From: Escherichia phage T7
Sequence record: MZ375264.1
DNA: 37,892 bases
Direction: 5' to 3' (one strand)
Made by a program: the position numbers and the translations under genes. The notes below the pieces were generated by a model. The model was not told where the DNA came from and searched no databases. It saw only the letters and a program-made list of their open reading frames with translations. How positions within the stretch are numbered: the first letter of the stretch is position 1; each line of letters starts with the position of its first letter. Shown here one piece after another: positions 8,276-20,123 of the stretch.

Positions 8276-8974
8276 ATGGCTAAGAAGATTTTCACCTCTG
8301 CGCTGGGTACCGCTGAACCTTACGCTTACATCGCCAAGCCGGACTACGGCAACGAAGAGCGTGGCTTTGGGAACCCTCGTGGTGTCTATAAAGTTGACCT
8401 GACTATTCCCAACAAAGACCCGCGCTGCCAGCGTATGGTCGATGAAATCGTGAAGTGTCACGAAGAGGCTTATGCTGCTGCCGTTGAGGAATACGAAGCT
8501 AATCCACCTGCTGTAGCTCGTGGTAAGAAACCGCTGAAACCGTATGAGGGTGACATGCCGTTCTTCGATAACGGTGACGGTACGACTACCTTTAAGTTCA
8601 AATGCTACGCGTCTTTCCAAGACAAGAAGACCAAAGAGACCAAGCACATCAATCTGGTTGTGGTTGACTCAAAAGGTAAGAAGATGGAAGACGTTCCGAT
8701 TATCGGTGGTGGCTCTAAGCTGAAAGTTAAATATTCTCTGGTTCCATACAAGTGGAACACTGCTGTAGGTGCGAGCGTTAAGCTGCAACTGGAATCCGTG
8801 ATGCTGGTCGAACTGGCTACCTTTGGTGGCGGTGAAGACGATTGGGCTGACGAAGTTGAAGAGAACGGCTATGTTGCCTCTGGTTCTGCCAAAGCGAGCA
8901 AACCACGCGACGAAGAAAGCTGGGACGAAGACGACGAAGAGTCCGAGGAAGCAGACGAAGACGGAGACTTCTAA
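8276..8974 (+). CDS. 2.5: Gene 2.5 single-stranded DNA-binding protein, 232 aa
   Basis: ORF 8276-8974; acidic C-terminal tail ending EEADEDGDF. Confidence 0.97.
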   Translation: MAKKIFTSALGTAEPYAYIAKPDYGNEERGFGNPRGVYKVDLTIPNKDPRCQRMVDEIVKCHEEAYAAAVEEYEANPPAVARGKKPLKPYEGDMPFFDNGDGTTTFKFKCYASFQDKKTKETKHINLVVVDSKGKKMEDVPIIGGGSKLKVKYSLVPYKWNTAVGASVKLQLESVMLVELATFGGGEDDWADEVEENGYVASGSAKASKPRDEESWDEDDEESEEADEDGDF

Positions 8975-9394
8975 GTGGAACTGCGGGAGAAAATCCTTGA
9001 GCGAATCAAGGTGACTTCCTCTGGGTGTTGGGAGTGGCAGGGCGCTACGAACAATAAAGGGTACGGGCAGGTGTGGTGCAGCAATACCGGAAAGGTTGTC
9101 TACTGTCATCGCGTAATGTCTAATGCTCCGAAAGGTTCTACCGTCCTGCACTCCTGTGATAATCCATTATGTTGTAACCCTGAACACCGTTCCATAGGAA
9201 CTCCAAAAGAGAACTCCACTGACATGGTAAATAAGGGTCGCTCACACAAGGGGTATAAACTTTCAGACGAAGACGTAATGGCAATCATGGAGTCCAGCGA
9301 GTCCAATGTATCCTTAGCTCGCACCTATGGTGTCTCCCAACAGACTATTTGTGATATACGCAAAGGGAGGCGACATGGCAGGTTACGGCGCTAA
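8975..9394 (+). CDS. 2.8: Gene 2.8, HNH endonuclease-like protein, 139 aa, GTG start
   Basis: ORF 8975-9394; motif HSCDNPLCCNPEHRSIGTPKENSTDMVNKGR shared with gene 7.7. Confidence 0.85.
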   Translation: MELREKILERIKVTSSGCWEWQGATNNKGYGQVWCSNTGKVVYCHRVMSNAPKGSTVLHSCDNPLCCNPEHRSIGTPKENSTDMVNKGRSHKGYKLSDEDVMAIMESSESNVSLARTYGVSQQTICDIRKGRRHGRLRR

Positions 9395-9824
9395 AGGAAT
9401 CCGAAAGGTTGGAGCGTTTCGCTCTGGCCTAGAGGACAAGGTTTCAAAGCAGTTGGAATCAAAAGGTATTAAATTCGAGTATGAAGAGTGGAAAGTGCCT
9501 TATGTAATTCCGGCGAGCAATCACACTTACACTCCAGACTTCTTACTTCCAAACGGTATATTCGTTGAGACAAAGGGTCTGTGGGAAAGCGATGATAGAA
9601 AGAAGCACTTATTAATTAGGGAGCAGCACCCCGAGCTAGACATCCGTATTGTCTTCTCAAGCTCACGTACTAAGTTATACAAAGGTTCTCCAACGTCTTA
9701 TGGAGAGTTCTGCGAAAAGCATGGTATTAAGTTCGCTGATAAACTGATACCTGCTGAGTGGATAAAGGAACCCAAGAAGGAGGTCCCCTTTGATAGATTA
9801 AAAAGGAAAGGAGGAAAGAAATAA
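9375..9824 (+). CDS. 3: Gene 3 endonuclease I (Holliday junction resolvase), 149 aa
   Basis: ATG 9375 (MAGYGAKGIRKVGAF...) inside ORF-track entry 9327-9824, overlapping the 2.8 3' end. Confidence 0.95.
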   Translation: MAGYGAKGIRKVGAFRSGLEDKVSKQLESKGIKFEYEEWKVPYVIPASNHTYTPDFLLPNGIFVETKGLWESDDRKKHLLIREQHPELDIRIVFSSSRTKLYKGSPTSYGEFCEKHGIKFADKLIPAEWIKEPKKEVPFDRLKRKGGKK

Positions 9825-10279
9825 TGGCTCGTGTACAGTTTAAACAACGTGAATCTACTGACGCAATCTTTGTTCACTGCTCGGCTACCAAGCCAAGTCA
9901 GAATGTTGGTGTCCGTGAGATTCGCCAGTGGCACAAAGAGCAGGGTTGGCTCGATGTGGGATACCACTTTATCATCAAGCGAGACGGTACTGTGGAGGCA
10001 GGACGAGATGAGATGGCTGTAGGCTCTCACGCTAAGGGTTACAACCACAACTCTATCGGCGTCTGCCTTGTTGGTGGTATCGACGATAAAGGTAAGTTCG
10101 ACGCTAACTTTACGCCAGCCCAAATGCAATCCCTTCGCTCACTGCTTGTCACACTGCTGGCTAAGTACGAAGGCGCTGTGCTTCGCGCCCATCATGAGGT
10201 GGCGCCGAAGGCTTGCCCTTCGTTCGACCTTAAGCGTTGGTGGGAGAAGAACGAACTGGTCACTTCTGACCGTGGATAA
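9824..10279 (+). CDS. 3.5: Gene 3.5 T7 lysozyme (N-acetylmuramoyl-L-alanine amidase, inhibitor of T7 RNAP), 151 aa
   Basis: ORF 9824-10279, MARVQFKQRESTDAIFVHCSATKPSQN..., start overlaps the gene 3 stop (TAATG). Confidence 0.98.
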   Translation: MARVQFKQRESTDAIFVHCSATKPSQNVGVREIRQWHKEQGWLDVGYHFIIKRDGTVEAGRDEMAVGSHAKGYNHNSIGVCLVGGIDDKGKFDANFTPAQMQSLRSLLVTLLAKYEGAVLRAHHEVAPKACPSFDLKRWWEKNELVTSDRG

Positions 10280-10280
10280 T

Positions 10281-10303
10281 TAATTGAACTCACTAAAGGG
10301 AGA
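10281..10303 (+). promoter_or_regulatory. phi3.8: T7 promoter phi3.8 (TAATTGAACTCACTAAAGGGAGA), +1 at 10298
   Basis: Promoter-like 23-mer; position matches T7 phi3.8. Confidence 0.9.
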
Positions 10304-10342
10304 CCACAGCGGTTTCCCTTTGTTCGCATTGGAGGTCAAATA

Positions 10343-12441
<2,099 letters not shown>

Positions 12442-12444
<3 letters not shown>

Positions 12445-12464
12445 TACGACTCACTAAAGGAGAC
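12442..12464 (+). promoter_or_regulatory. phi4.3: T7 promoter phi4.3 (TAATACGACTCACTAAAGGAGAC), +1 at 12459
   Basis: Promoter 23-mer; in T7 the gene 4.3 ATG follows directly, here it is missing. Confidence 0.9.
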
Positions 12465-12503
12465 ACACCAAATTCTTTGAGTAATCAAACAGGAGAAACC
12501 ATT

Positions 12504-12773
12504 ATGTCTAACGTAGCTGAAACTATCCGTCTATCCGATACAGCTGACCAGTGGAACCGTCGAGTCCACATCAACGTTCGCAACGGTAAGGCGACTATGG
12601 TTTACCGCTGGAAGGACTCTAAGTCCTCTAAGAATCACACTCAGCGTATGACGTTGACAGATGAGCAAGCACTGCGTCTGGTCAATGCGCTTACCAAAGC
12701 TGCCGTGACAGCAATTCATGAAGCTGGTCGCGTCAATGAAGCTATGGCTATCCTCGACAAGATTGATAACTAA
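12504..12773 (+). CDS. 4.5: Gene 4.5, 89 aa
   Basis: ATG 12504 (MSNVAETIRLSDTADQWNRRVHINV...) with RBS AGGAG; inside ORF-track entry 12477-12773. Confidence 0.85.
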   Translation: MSNVAETIRLSDTADQWNRRVHINVRNGKATMVYRWKDSKSSKNHTQRMTLTDEQALRLVNALTKAAVTAIHEAGRVNEAMAILDKIDN

Positions 12774-12784
12774 GAGTGGTATCC

Positions 12785-12815
12785 TCAAGGTCGCCAAAGT
12801 GGTGGCCTTCATGAA
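12785..12815 (+). promoter_or_regulatory. R4.7: RNase III processing hairpin R4.7
   Basis: Inverted repeat AAGGTCGCC ... GGTGGCCTT, similar to R1.3. Confidence 0.45.
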
Positions 12816-12817
12816 TA

Positions 12818-12840
12818 CTATTCGACTCACTATAGGAGAT
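12818..12840 (+). promoter_or_regulatory. phi4.7: T7 promoter phi4.7 (CTATTCGACTCACTATAGGAGAT), +1 at 12835
   Basis: Promoter-like 23-mer; here it is followed directly by the gene 5 RBS instead of gene 4.7. Confidence 0.85.
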
Positions 12841-12864
12841 ATTACCTCAATAGGAGAAATCAAT

Positions 12865-14979
12865 ATGATCGTTTCTGACATCGAAGCTAACGCCCTCTTA
12901 GAGAGCGTCACTAAGTTCCACTGCGGGGTTATCTACGACTACTCCACCGCTGAGTACGTAAGCTACCGTCCGAGTGACTTCGGTGCGTATCTGGATGCGC
13001 TGGAAGCCGAGGTTGCACGAGGCGGTCTTATTGTGTTCCACAACGGTCACAAGTATGACGTTCCTGCATTGACCAAACTGGCAAAGTTGCAATTGAACCG
13101 AGAGTTCCACCTTCCTCGTGAGAACTGTATTGACACCCTTGTGTTGTCACGTTTGATTCATTTCAACCTCAAGGACACCGATATGGGTCTTCTGCGTTCC
13201 GGCAAGTTGCCCGGAAAACGCTTTGGGTCTCACGCTTTGGAGGCGTGGGGTTATCGCTTAGGCGAGATGAAGGGTGAATACAAAGACGACTTTAAGCGTA
13301 TGCTTGAAGAGCAGGGTGAAGAATACGTTGACGGAATGGAGTGGTGGAACTTCAACGAAGAGATGATGGACTATAACGTTCAGGACGTTGTGGTAACTAA
13401 AGCTCTCCTTGAGAAGCTACTCTCTGACAAACATTACTTCCCTCCTGAGATTGACTTTACGGACGTAGGATACACTACGTTCTGGTCAGAATCCCTTGAG
13501 GCCGTTGACATTGAACATCGTGCTGCATGGCTGCTCGCTAAACAAGAGCGCAACGGGTTCCCGTTTGACACAAAAGCAATCGAAGAGTTGTACGTAGAGT
13601 TAGCTGCTCGCCGCTCTGAGTTGCTCCGTAAATTGACCGAAACGTTCGGCTCGTGGTATCAGCCTAAAGGTGGCACTGAGATGTTCTGCCATCCGCGAAC
13701 AGGTAAGCCACTACCTAAATACCCTCGCATTAAGACACCTAAAGTTGGTGGTATCTTTAAGAAGCCTAAGAACAAGGCACAGCGAGAAGGCCGTGAGCCT
13801 TGCGAACTTGATACCCGCGAGTACGTTGCTGGTGCTCCTTACACCCCAGTTGAACATGTTGTGTTTAACCCTTCGTCTCGTGACCACATTCAGAAGAAAC
13901 TCCAAGAGGCTGGGTGGGTCCCGACCAAGTACACCGATAAGGGTGCTCCTGTGGTGGACGATGAGGTACTCGAAGGAGTACGTGTAGATGACCCTGAGAA
14001 GCAAGCCGCTATCGACCTCATTAAAGAGTACTTGATGATTCAGAAGCGAATCGGACAGTCTGCTGAGGGAGACAAAGCATGGCTTCGTTATGTTGCTGAG
14101 GATGGTAAGATTCATGGTTCTGTTAACCCTAATGGAGCAGTTACGGGTCGTGCGACCCATGCGTTCCCAAACCTTGCGCAAATTCCGGGTGTACGTTCTC
14201 CTTATGGAGAGCAGTGTCGCGCTGCTTTTGGCGCTGAGCACCATTTGGATGGGATAACTGGTAAGCCTTGGGTTCAGGCTGGCATCGACGCATCCGGTCT
14301 TGAGCTACGCTGCTTGGCTCACTTCATGGCTCGCTTTGATAACGGCGAGTACGCTCACGAGATTCTTAACGGCGACATCCACACTAAGAACCAGATAGCT
14401 GCTGAACTACCTACCCGAGATAACGCTAAGACGTTCATCTATGGGTTCCTCTATGGTGCTGGTGATGAGAAGATTGGACAGATTGTTGGTGCTGGTAAAG
14501 AGCGCGGTAAGGAACTCAAGAAGAAATTCCTTGAGAACACCCCCGCGATTGCAGCACTCCGCGAGTCTATCCAACAGACACTTGTCGAGTCCTCTCAATG
14601 GGTAGCTGGTGAGCAACAAGTCAAGTGGAAACGCCGCTGGATTAAAGGTCTGGATGGTCGTAAGGTACACGTTCGTAGTCCTCACGCTGCCTTGAATACC
14701 CTACTGCAATCTGCTGGTGCTCTCATCTGCAAACTGTGGATTATCAAGACCGAAGAGATGCTCGTAGAGAAAGGCTTGAAGCATGGCTGGGATGGGGACT
14801 TTGCGTACATGGCATGGGTACATGATGAAATCCAAGTAGGCTGCCGTACCGAAGAGATTGCTCAGGTGGTCATTGAGACCGCACAAGAAGCGATGCGCTG
14901 GGTTGGAGACCACTGGAACTTCCGGTGTCTTCTGGATACCGAAGGTAAGATGGGTCCTAATTGGGCGATTTGCCACTGA
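12865..14979 (+). CDS. 5: Gene 5 DNA polymerase, 704 aa
   Basis: ATG 12865 ([15 protein letters not shown]..., exonuclease D5/E7) inside ORF-track entry 12718-14979; family A polymerase. Confidence 0.98.
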   Translation: MIVSDIEANALLESVTKFHCGVIYDYSTAEYVSYRPSDFGAYLDALEAEVARGGLIVFHNGHKYDVPALTKLAKLQLNREFHLPRENCIDTLVLSRLIHFNLKDTDMGLLRSGKLPGKRFGSHALEAWGYRLGEMKGEYKDDFKRMLEEQGEEYVDGMEWWNFNEEMMDYNVQDVVVTKALLEKLLSDKHYFPPEIDFTDVGYTTFWSESLEAVDIEHRAAWLLAKQERNGFPFDTKAIEELYVELAARRSELLRKLTETFGSWYQPKGGTEMFCHPRTGKPLPKYPRIKTPKVGGIFKKPKNKAQREGREPCELDTREYVAGAPYTPVEHVVFNPSSRDHIQKKLQEAGWVPTKYTDKGAPVVDDEVLEGVRVDDPEKQAAIDLIKEYLMIQKRIGQSAEGDKAWLRYVAEDGKIHGSVNPNGAVTGRATHAFPNLAQIPGVRSPYGEQCRAAFGAEHHLDGITGKPWVQAGIDASGLELRCLAHFMARFDNGEYAHEILNGDIHTKNQIAAELPTRDNAKTFIYGFLYGAGDEKIGQIVGAGKERGKELKKKFLENTPAIAALRESIQQTLVESSQWVAGEQQVKWKRRWIKGLDGRKVHVRSPHAALNTLLQSAGALICKLWIIKTEEMLVEKGLKHGWDGDFAYMAWVHDEIQVGCRTEEIAQVVIETAQEAMRWVGDHWNFRCLLDTEGKMGPNWAICH

Positions 14980-15024
14980 TACAGGAGGCTACTCCAAAGG
15001 CATAAAACTATAGGAGAAATTATT

Positions 15025-15324
15025 ATGGCTATGACAAAGAAATTTAAAGTGTCCTTCGACGTTACCGCAAAGATGTCGTCTGACGTTCAGGCAATCTTAG
15101 AGAAAGATATGCTGCATCTATGTAAGCAGGTCGGCTCAGGTGCGATTGTCCCCAATGGTAAACAGAAGGAAATGATTGTCCAGTTCCTGACACACGGTAT
15201 GGAAGGATTGATGACATTCGTAGTACGTACATCATTTCGTGAGGCCATTAAGGACATGCACGAAGAGTATGCAGATAAGGACTCTTTCAAACAATCTCCT
15301 GCAACAGTACGGGAGGTGTTCTGA
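15025..15324 (+). CDS. 5.5: Gene 5.5, H-NS binding protein, 99 aa
   Basis: ORF 15025-15324. Confidence 0.9.
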   Translation: MAMTKKFKVSFDVTAKMSSDVQAILEKDMLHLCKQVGSGAIVPNGKQKEMIVQFLTHGMEGLMTFVVRTSFREAIKDMHEEYADKDSFKQSPATVREVF

Positions 15325-15533
15325 TGTCTGACTACCTGAAAGTGCTGCAAGCAATCAAAAGTTGCCCTAAGACTTTCCAGTCCAACTATGTACGGAACAA
15401 TGCGAGCCTCGTAGCGGAGGCCGCTTCCCGTGGTCACATCTCGTGCCTGACTACTAGTGGACGTAACGGTGGCGCTTGGGAAATCACTGCTTCCGGTACT
15501 CGCTTTCTGAAACGAATGGGAGGATGTGTCTAA
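15324..15533 (+). CDS. 5.7: Gene 5.7, 69 aa
   Basis: ORF 15324-15533, start overlapping the 5.5 stop (TGATG). Confidence 0.85.
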   Translation: MSDYLKVLQAIKSCPKTFQSNYVRNNASLVAEAASRGHISCLTTSGRNGGAWEITASGTRFLKRMGGCV

Positions 15534-15691
15534 TGTCTCGTGACCTTGTGACTATTCCACGCGATGTGTGGAACGATATACAGGGCTACATCGACTCTCT
15601 GGAACGTGAGAACGATAGCCTTAAGAATCAACTAATGGAAGCTGACGAATACGTAGCGGAACTAGAGGAGAAACTTAATGGCACTTCTTGA
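15533..15691 (+). CDS. 5.9: Gene 5.9, RecBCD inhibitor, 52 aa
   Basis: ATG 15533 (MSRDLVTIPRDVWNDIQ...) inside ORF-track entry 15476-15691. Confidence 0.8.
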   Translation: MSRDLVTIPRDVWNDIQGYIDSLERENDSLKNQLMEADEYVAELEEKLNGTS

Positions 15692-16580
15692 CCTTAAACA
15701 ATTCTATGAGTTACGTGAAGGCTGCGACGACAAGGGTATCCTTGTGATGGACGGCGACTGGCTGGTCTTCCAAGCTATGAGTGCTGCTGAGTTTGATGCC
15801 TCTTGGGAGGAAGAGATTTGGCACCGATGCTGTGACCACGCTAAGGCCCGTCAGATTCTTGAGGATTCCATTAAGTCCTACGAGACCCGTAAGAAGGCTT
15901 GGGCAGGTGCTCCAATTGTCCTTGCGTTCACCGATAGTGTTAACTGGCGTAAAGAACTGGTTGACCCGAACTATAAGGCTAACCGTAAGGCCGTGAAGAA
16001 ACCTGTAGGGTACTTTGAGTTCCTTGATGCTCTCTTTGAGCGCGAAGAGTTCTATTGCATCCGTGAGCCTATGCTTGAGGGTGATGACGTTATGGGAGTT
16101 ATTGCTTCCAATCCGTCTGCCTTCGGTGCTCGTAAGGCTGTAATCATCTCTTGCGATAAGGACTTTAAGACCATCCCTAACTGTGACTTCCTGTGGTGTA
16201 CCACTGGTAACATCCTGACTCAGACCGAAGAGTCCGCTGACTGGTGGCACCTCTTCCAGACCATCAAGGGTGACATCACTGATGGTTACTCAGGGATTGC
16301 TGGATGGGGTGATACCGCCGAGGACTTCTTGAATAACCCGTTCATAACCGAGCCTAAAACGTCTGTGCTTAAGTCCGGTAAGAACAAAGGCCAAGAGGTT
16401 ACTAAATGGGTTAAACGCGACCCTGAGCCTCATGAGACGCTTTGGGACTGCATTAAGTCCATTGGCGCGAAGGCTGGTATGACCGAAGAGGATATTATCA
16501 AGCAGGGCCAAATGGCTCGAATCCTACGGTTCAACGAGTACAACTTTATTGACAAGGAGATTTACCTGTGGAGACCGTAG
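15678..16580 (+). CDS. 6: Gene 6 5'-3' exonuclease, 300 aa
   Basis: ORF 15678-16580. Confidence 0.97.
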   Translation: MALLDLKQFYELREGCDDKGILVMDGDWLVFQAMSAAEFDASWEEEIWHRCCDHAKARQILEDSIKSYETRKKAWAGAPIVLAFTDSVNWRKELVDPNYKANRKAVKKPVGYFEFLDALFEREEFYCIREPMLEGDDVMGVIASNPSAFGARKAVIISCDKDFKTIPNCDFLWCTTGNILTQTEESADWWHLFQTIKGDITDGYSGIAGWGDTAEDFLNNPFITEPKTSVLKSGKNKGQEVTKWVKRDPEPHETLWDCIKSIGAKAGMTEEDIIKQGQMARILRFNEYNFIDKEIYLWRP

Positions 16581-16681
16581 CGTATATTGGTCTGGGTCTT
16601 TGTGTTCTCGGAGTGTGCCTCATTTCGTGGGGCCTTTGGGACTTAGCCAGAATAATCAAGTCGTTACACGACACTAAGTGA
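16568..16681 (+). CDS. 6.3: Gene 6.3, 37 aa, GTG start
   Basis: GTG 16568 to TGA 16681, hydrophobic peptide; position matches T7 gene 6.3. Confidence 0.5.
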   Translation: METVAYIGLGLCVLGVCLISWGLWDLARIIKSLHDTK

Positions 16682-16701
16682 TAAACTCAAGGTCCCTAAA
16701 T

Positions 16702-16724
16702 TAATACGACTCACTATAGGGAGA
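16702..16724 (+). promoter_or_regulatory. phi6.5: T7 class III promoter phi6.5, exact consensus TAATACGACTCACTATAGGGAGA, +1 at 16719
   Basis: Exact 23-bp consensus. Confidence 0.97.
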
Positions 16725-16778
16725 TAGGGGCCTTTACGATTATTACTTTAAGATTTAACTCTAAGAGGAATCTTTATT

Positions 16779-17033
16779 ATGTTAACACCTATTAACCAAT
16801 TACTTAAGAACCCTAACGATATTCCAGATGTACCTCGTGCAACCGCTGAGTATCTACAGGTTCGATTCAACTATGCGTACCTCGAAGCGTCTGGTCATAT
16901 AGGACTTATGCGTGCTAATGGTTGTAGTGAGGCCCACATCTTGGGTTTCATTCAGGGCCTACAGTATGCCTCTAACGTCATTGACGAGATTGAGTTACGC
17001 AAGGAACAACTAAGAGATGATGGGGAGGATTGA
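16779..17033 (+). CDS. 6.5: Gene 6.5, 84 aa
   Basis: ORF 16779-17033. Confidence 0.9.
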
Positions 17034-17037
17034 CACT

Positions 17038-17304
17038 ATGTGTTTCTCACCGAAAATTAAAACTCCGAAGATGGATACCAATCAGATTCGAGCCGTTGAG
17101 CCAGCGCCTCTGACCCAAGAAGTGTCAAGCGTGGAGTTCGGTGGGTCTTCTGATGAGACGGATACCGAGGGCACCGAAGTGTCTGGACGCAAAGGCCTCA
17201 AGGTCGAACGTGATGATTCCGTAGCGAAGTCTAAAGCCAGCGGCAATGGCTCCGCTCGTATGAAATCTTCCATCCGTAAGTCCGCATTTGGAGGTAAGAA
17301 GTGA
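17038..17304 (+). CDS. 6.7: Gene 6.7, virion protein, 88 aa
   Basis: ATG 17038 (MCFSPKIKTPKMDTNQ...) inside ORF-track entry 17017-17304. Confidence 0.85.
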   Translation: MCFSPKIKTPKMDTNQIRAVEPAPLTQEVSSVEFGGSSDETDTEGTEVSGRKGLKVERDDSVAKSKASGNGSARMKSSIRKSAFGGKK

Positions 17305-17705
17305 TGTCTGAGTTCACATGTGTGGAGGCTAAGAGTCGCTTCCGTGCAATCCGGTGGACTGTGGAACACCTTGGGTTGCCTAAAGGATTCGAAGGACACT
17401 TTGTGGGCTACAGCCTCTACGTAGACGAAGTGATGGACATGTCTGGTTGCCGTGAAGAGTACATTCTGGACTCTACCGGAAAACATGTAGCGTACTTCGC
17501 GTGGTGCGTAAGCTGTGACATTCACCACAAAGGAGACATTCTGGATGTAACGTCCGTTGTCATTAATCCTGAGGCAGACTCTAAGGGCTTACAGCGATTC
17601 CTAGCGAAACGCTTTAAGTACCTTGCGGAACTCCACGATTGCGATTGGGTGTCTCGTTGTAAGCATGAAGGCGAGACAATGCGTGTATACTTTAAGGAGG
17701 TATAA
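17304..17705 (+). CDS. 7: Gene 7, 133 aa
   Basis: ATG 17304 (MSEFTCVEAKSRF...) overlapping the 6.7 stop. Confidence 0.85.
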   Translation: MSEFTCVEAKSRFRAIRWTVEHLGLPKGFEGHFVGYSLYVDEVMDMSGCREEYILDSTGKHVAYFAWCVSCDIHHKGDILDVTSVVINPEADSKGLQRFLAKRFKYLAELHDCDWVSRCKHEGETMRVYFKEV

Positions 17706-17708
17706 GTT

Positions 17709-18008
17709 ATGGGTAAGAAAGTTAAGAAGGCCGTGAAGAAAGTCCCCAAGTCCGTTAAGAAAGTCGTTAAGGAAGGGGCTAGTCCGGTTAAACAGGTTGC
17801 TGGCGGTCTAGCTGGTCTGGCTGGTGGTACTGGTGAAGCACAGATGGTGGAAGTACCACAAGCTGCCGCACAGATTGTTGACGTACCTGAGAAAGAGGTT
17901 TCCACTGAGGACGAAGCACAGACAGAAAGCGGACGCAAGAAAGCTCGTGCTGGCGGTAAGAAATCCTTGAGTGTAGCCCGTAGCTCCGGTGGCGGTATCA
18001 ACATTTAA
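17709..18008 (+). CDS. 7.3: Gene 7.3, virion/tail-associated protein, 99 aa
   Basis: ORF 17709-18008, lysine-rich N-terminus. Confidence 0.9.
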   Translation: MGKKVKKAVKKVPKSVKKVVKEGASPVKQVAGGLAGLAGGTGEAQMVEVPQAAAQIVDVPEKEVSTEDEAQTESGRKKARAGGKKSLSVARSSGGGINI

Positions 18009-18021
18009 TCAGGAGGTTATC

Positions 18022-18414
18022 GTGGAAGACTGCATTGAATGGACCGGAGGTGTCAACTCTAAGGGTTATGGTCGTAAGTGGGTTAATGGTAAACTTGTGA
18101 CTCCACATAGGCACATCTATGAGGAGACATATGGTCCAGTTCCAACAGGAATTGTGGTGATGCATATCTGCGATAACCCTAGGTGCTATAACATAAAGCA
18201 CCTTACGCTTGGAACTCCAAAGGATAATTCCGAGGACATGGTTACCAAAGGTAGACAGGCTAAAGGAGAGGAACTAAGCAAGAAACTTACAGAGTCAGAC
18301 GTTCTCGCTATACGCTCTTCAACCTTAAGCCACCGCTCCTTAGGAGAACTGTATGGAGTCAGTCAATCAACCATAACGCGAATACTACAGCGTAAGACAT
18401 GGAGACACATTTAA
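18022..18414 (+). CDS. 7.7: Gene 7.7, HNH endonuclease-like protein, 130 aa, GTG start
   Basis: GTG 18022 after AGGAGG; motif HICDNPRCYNIKHLTLGTPKDNSEDMVTKGR paralogous to gene 2.8. Confidence 0.8.
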   Translation: MEDCIEWTGGVNSKGYGRKWVNGKLVTPHRHIYEETYGPVPTGIVVMHICDNPRCYNIKHLTLGTPKDNSEDMVTKGRQAKGEELSKKLTESDVLAIRSSTLSHRSLGELYGVSQSTITRILQRKTWRHI

Positions 18415-20024
18415 TGGCTGAGAAACGAACAGGACTTGCGGAGGATGGCGCAAAGTCTGTCTATGAGCGTTTAAAGAACGACCGTGCTCCCTATGAGACA
18501 CGCGCTCAGAATTGCGCTCAATATACCATCCCATCATTGTTCCCTAAGGACTCCGATAACGCCTCTACAGATTATCAAACTCCGTGGCAAGCCGTGGGCG
18601 CTCGTGGTCTGAACAATCTAGCCTCTAAGCTCATGCTGGCTCTATTCCCTATGCAGACTTGGATGCGACTTACTATATCTGAATATGAAGCAAAGCAGTT
18701 ACTGAGCGACCCCGATGGACTCGCTAAGGTCGATGAGGGCCTCTCGATGGTAGAGCGTATCATCATGAACTACATTGAGTCTAACAGTTACCGCGTGACT
18801 CTCTTTGAGGCTCTCAAACAGTTAGTCGTAGCTGGTAACGTCCTGCTGTACCTACCGGAACCGGAAGGGTCAAACTATAATCCCATGAAGCTGTACCGAT
18901 TGTCTTCTTATGTGGTCCAACGAGACGCATTCGGCAACGTTCTGCAAATGGTGACTCGTGACCAGATAGCTTTTGGTGCTCTCCCTGAGGACATCCGTAA
19001 GGCTGTAGAAGGTCAAGGTGGTGAGAAGAAAGCTGATGAGACAATCGACGTGTACACTCACATCTATCTGGATGAGGACTCAGGTGAATACCTCCGATAC
19101 GAAGAGGTCGAGGGTATGGAAGTCCAAGGCTCCGATGGGACTTATCCTAAAGAGGCTTGCCCATACATCCCGATTCGGATGGTCAGACTAGATGGTGAAT
19201 CCTACGGTCGTTCGTACATTGAGGAATACTTAGGTGACTTACGGTCCCTTGAAAATCTCCAAGAGGCTATCGTCAAGATGTCCATGATTAGCTCTAAGGT
19301 TATCGGCTTAGTGAATCCTGCTGGTATCACCCAGCCACGCCGACTGACCAAAGCTCAGACTGGTGACTTCGTTACTGGTCGTCCAGAAGACATCTCGTTC
19401 CTCCAACTGGAGAAGCAAGCAGACTTTACTGTAGCTAAAGCCGTAAGTGACGCTATCGAGGCTCGCCTTTCGTTTGCCTTTATGTTGAACTCTGCGGTTC
19501 AGCGTACAGGTGAACGTGTGACCGCCGAAGAGATTCGGTATGTAGCTTCTGAACTTGAAGATACTTTAGGTGGTGTCTACTCTATCCTTTCTCAAGAATT
19601 ACAATTGCCTCTGGTACGAGTGCTCTTGAAGCAACTACAAGCCACGCAACAGATTCCTGAGTTACCTAAGGAAGCCGTAGAGCCAACCATTAGTACAGGT
19701 CTGGAAGCAATTGGTCGAGGACAAGACCTTGATAAGCTGGAGCGGTGTGTCACTGCGTGGGCTGCACTGGCACCTATGCGGGACGACCCTGATATTAACC
19801 TTGCGATGATTAAGTTACGTATTGCCAACGCTATCGGTATTGACACTTCTGGTATTCTACTCACCGAAGAACAGAAGCAACAGAAGATGGCCCAACAGTC
19901 TATGCAAATGGGTATGGATAATGGTGCTGCTGCGCTGGCTCAAGGTATGGCTGCACAAGCTACAGCTTCACCTGAGGCTATGGCTGCTGCCGCTGATTCC
20001 GTAGGTTTACAGCCGGGAATTTAA
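18414..20024 (+). CDS. 8: Gene 8 head-tail connector (portal) protein, 536 aa
   Basis: ATG 18414 overlapping the 7.7 stop (TAATG); ORF-track entry 18399-20024. Confidence 0.97.
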   Translation: MAEKRTGLAEDGAKSVYERLKNDRAPYETRAQNCAQYTIPSLFPKDSDNASTDYQTPWQAVGARGLNNLASKLMLALFPMQTWMRLTISEYEAKQLLSDPDGLAKVDEGLSMVERIIMNYIESNSYRVTLFEALKQLVVAGNVLLYLPEPEGSNYNPMKLYRLSSYVVQRDAFGNVLQMVTRDQIAFGALPEDIRKAVEGQGGEKKADETIDVYTHIYLDEDSGEYLRYEEVEGMEVQGSDGTYPKEACPYIPIRMVRLDGESYGRSYIEEYLGDLRSLENLQEAIVKMSMISSKVIGLVNPAGITQPRRLTKAQTGDFVTGRPEDISFLQLEKQADFTVAKAVSDAIEARLSFAFMLNSAVQRTGERVTAEEIRYVASELEDTLGGVYSILSQELQLPLVRVLLKQLQATQQIPELPKEAVEPTISTGLEAIGRGQDLDKLERCVTAWAALAPMRDDPDINLAMIKLRIANAIGIDTSGILLTEEQKQQKMAQQSMQMGMDNGAAALAQGMAAQATASPEAMAAAADSVGLQPGI

Positions 20025-20044
20025 TACGACTCACTATAGGGAGA
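20022..20044 (+). promoter_or_regulatory. phi9: T7 class III promoter phi9, exact consensus, +1 at 20039
   Basis: Exact 23-bp consensus overlapping the gene 8 stop. Confidence 0.97.
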
Positions 20045-20123
20045 CCTCATCTTTGAAATGAGCGATGACAAGAGGTTGGAGTCCTCGGTCTTCCTGTAGT
20101 TCAACTTTAAGGAGACAATAATA

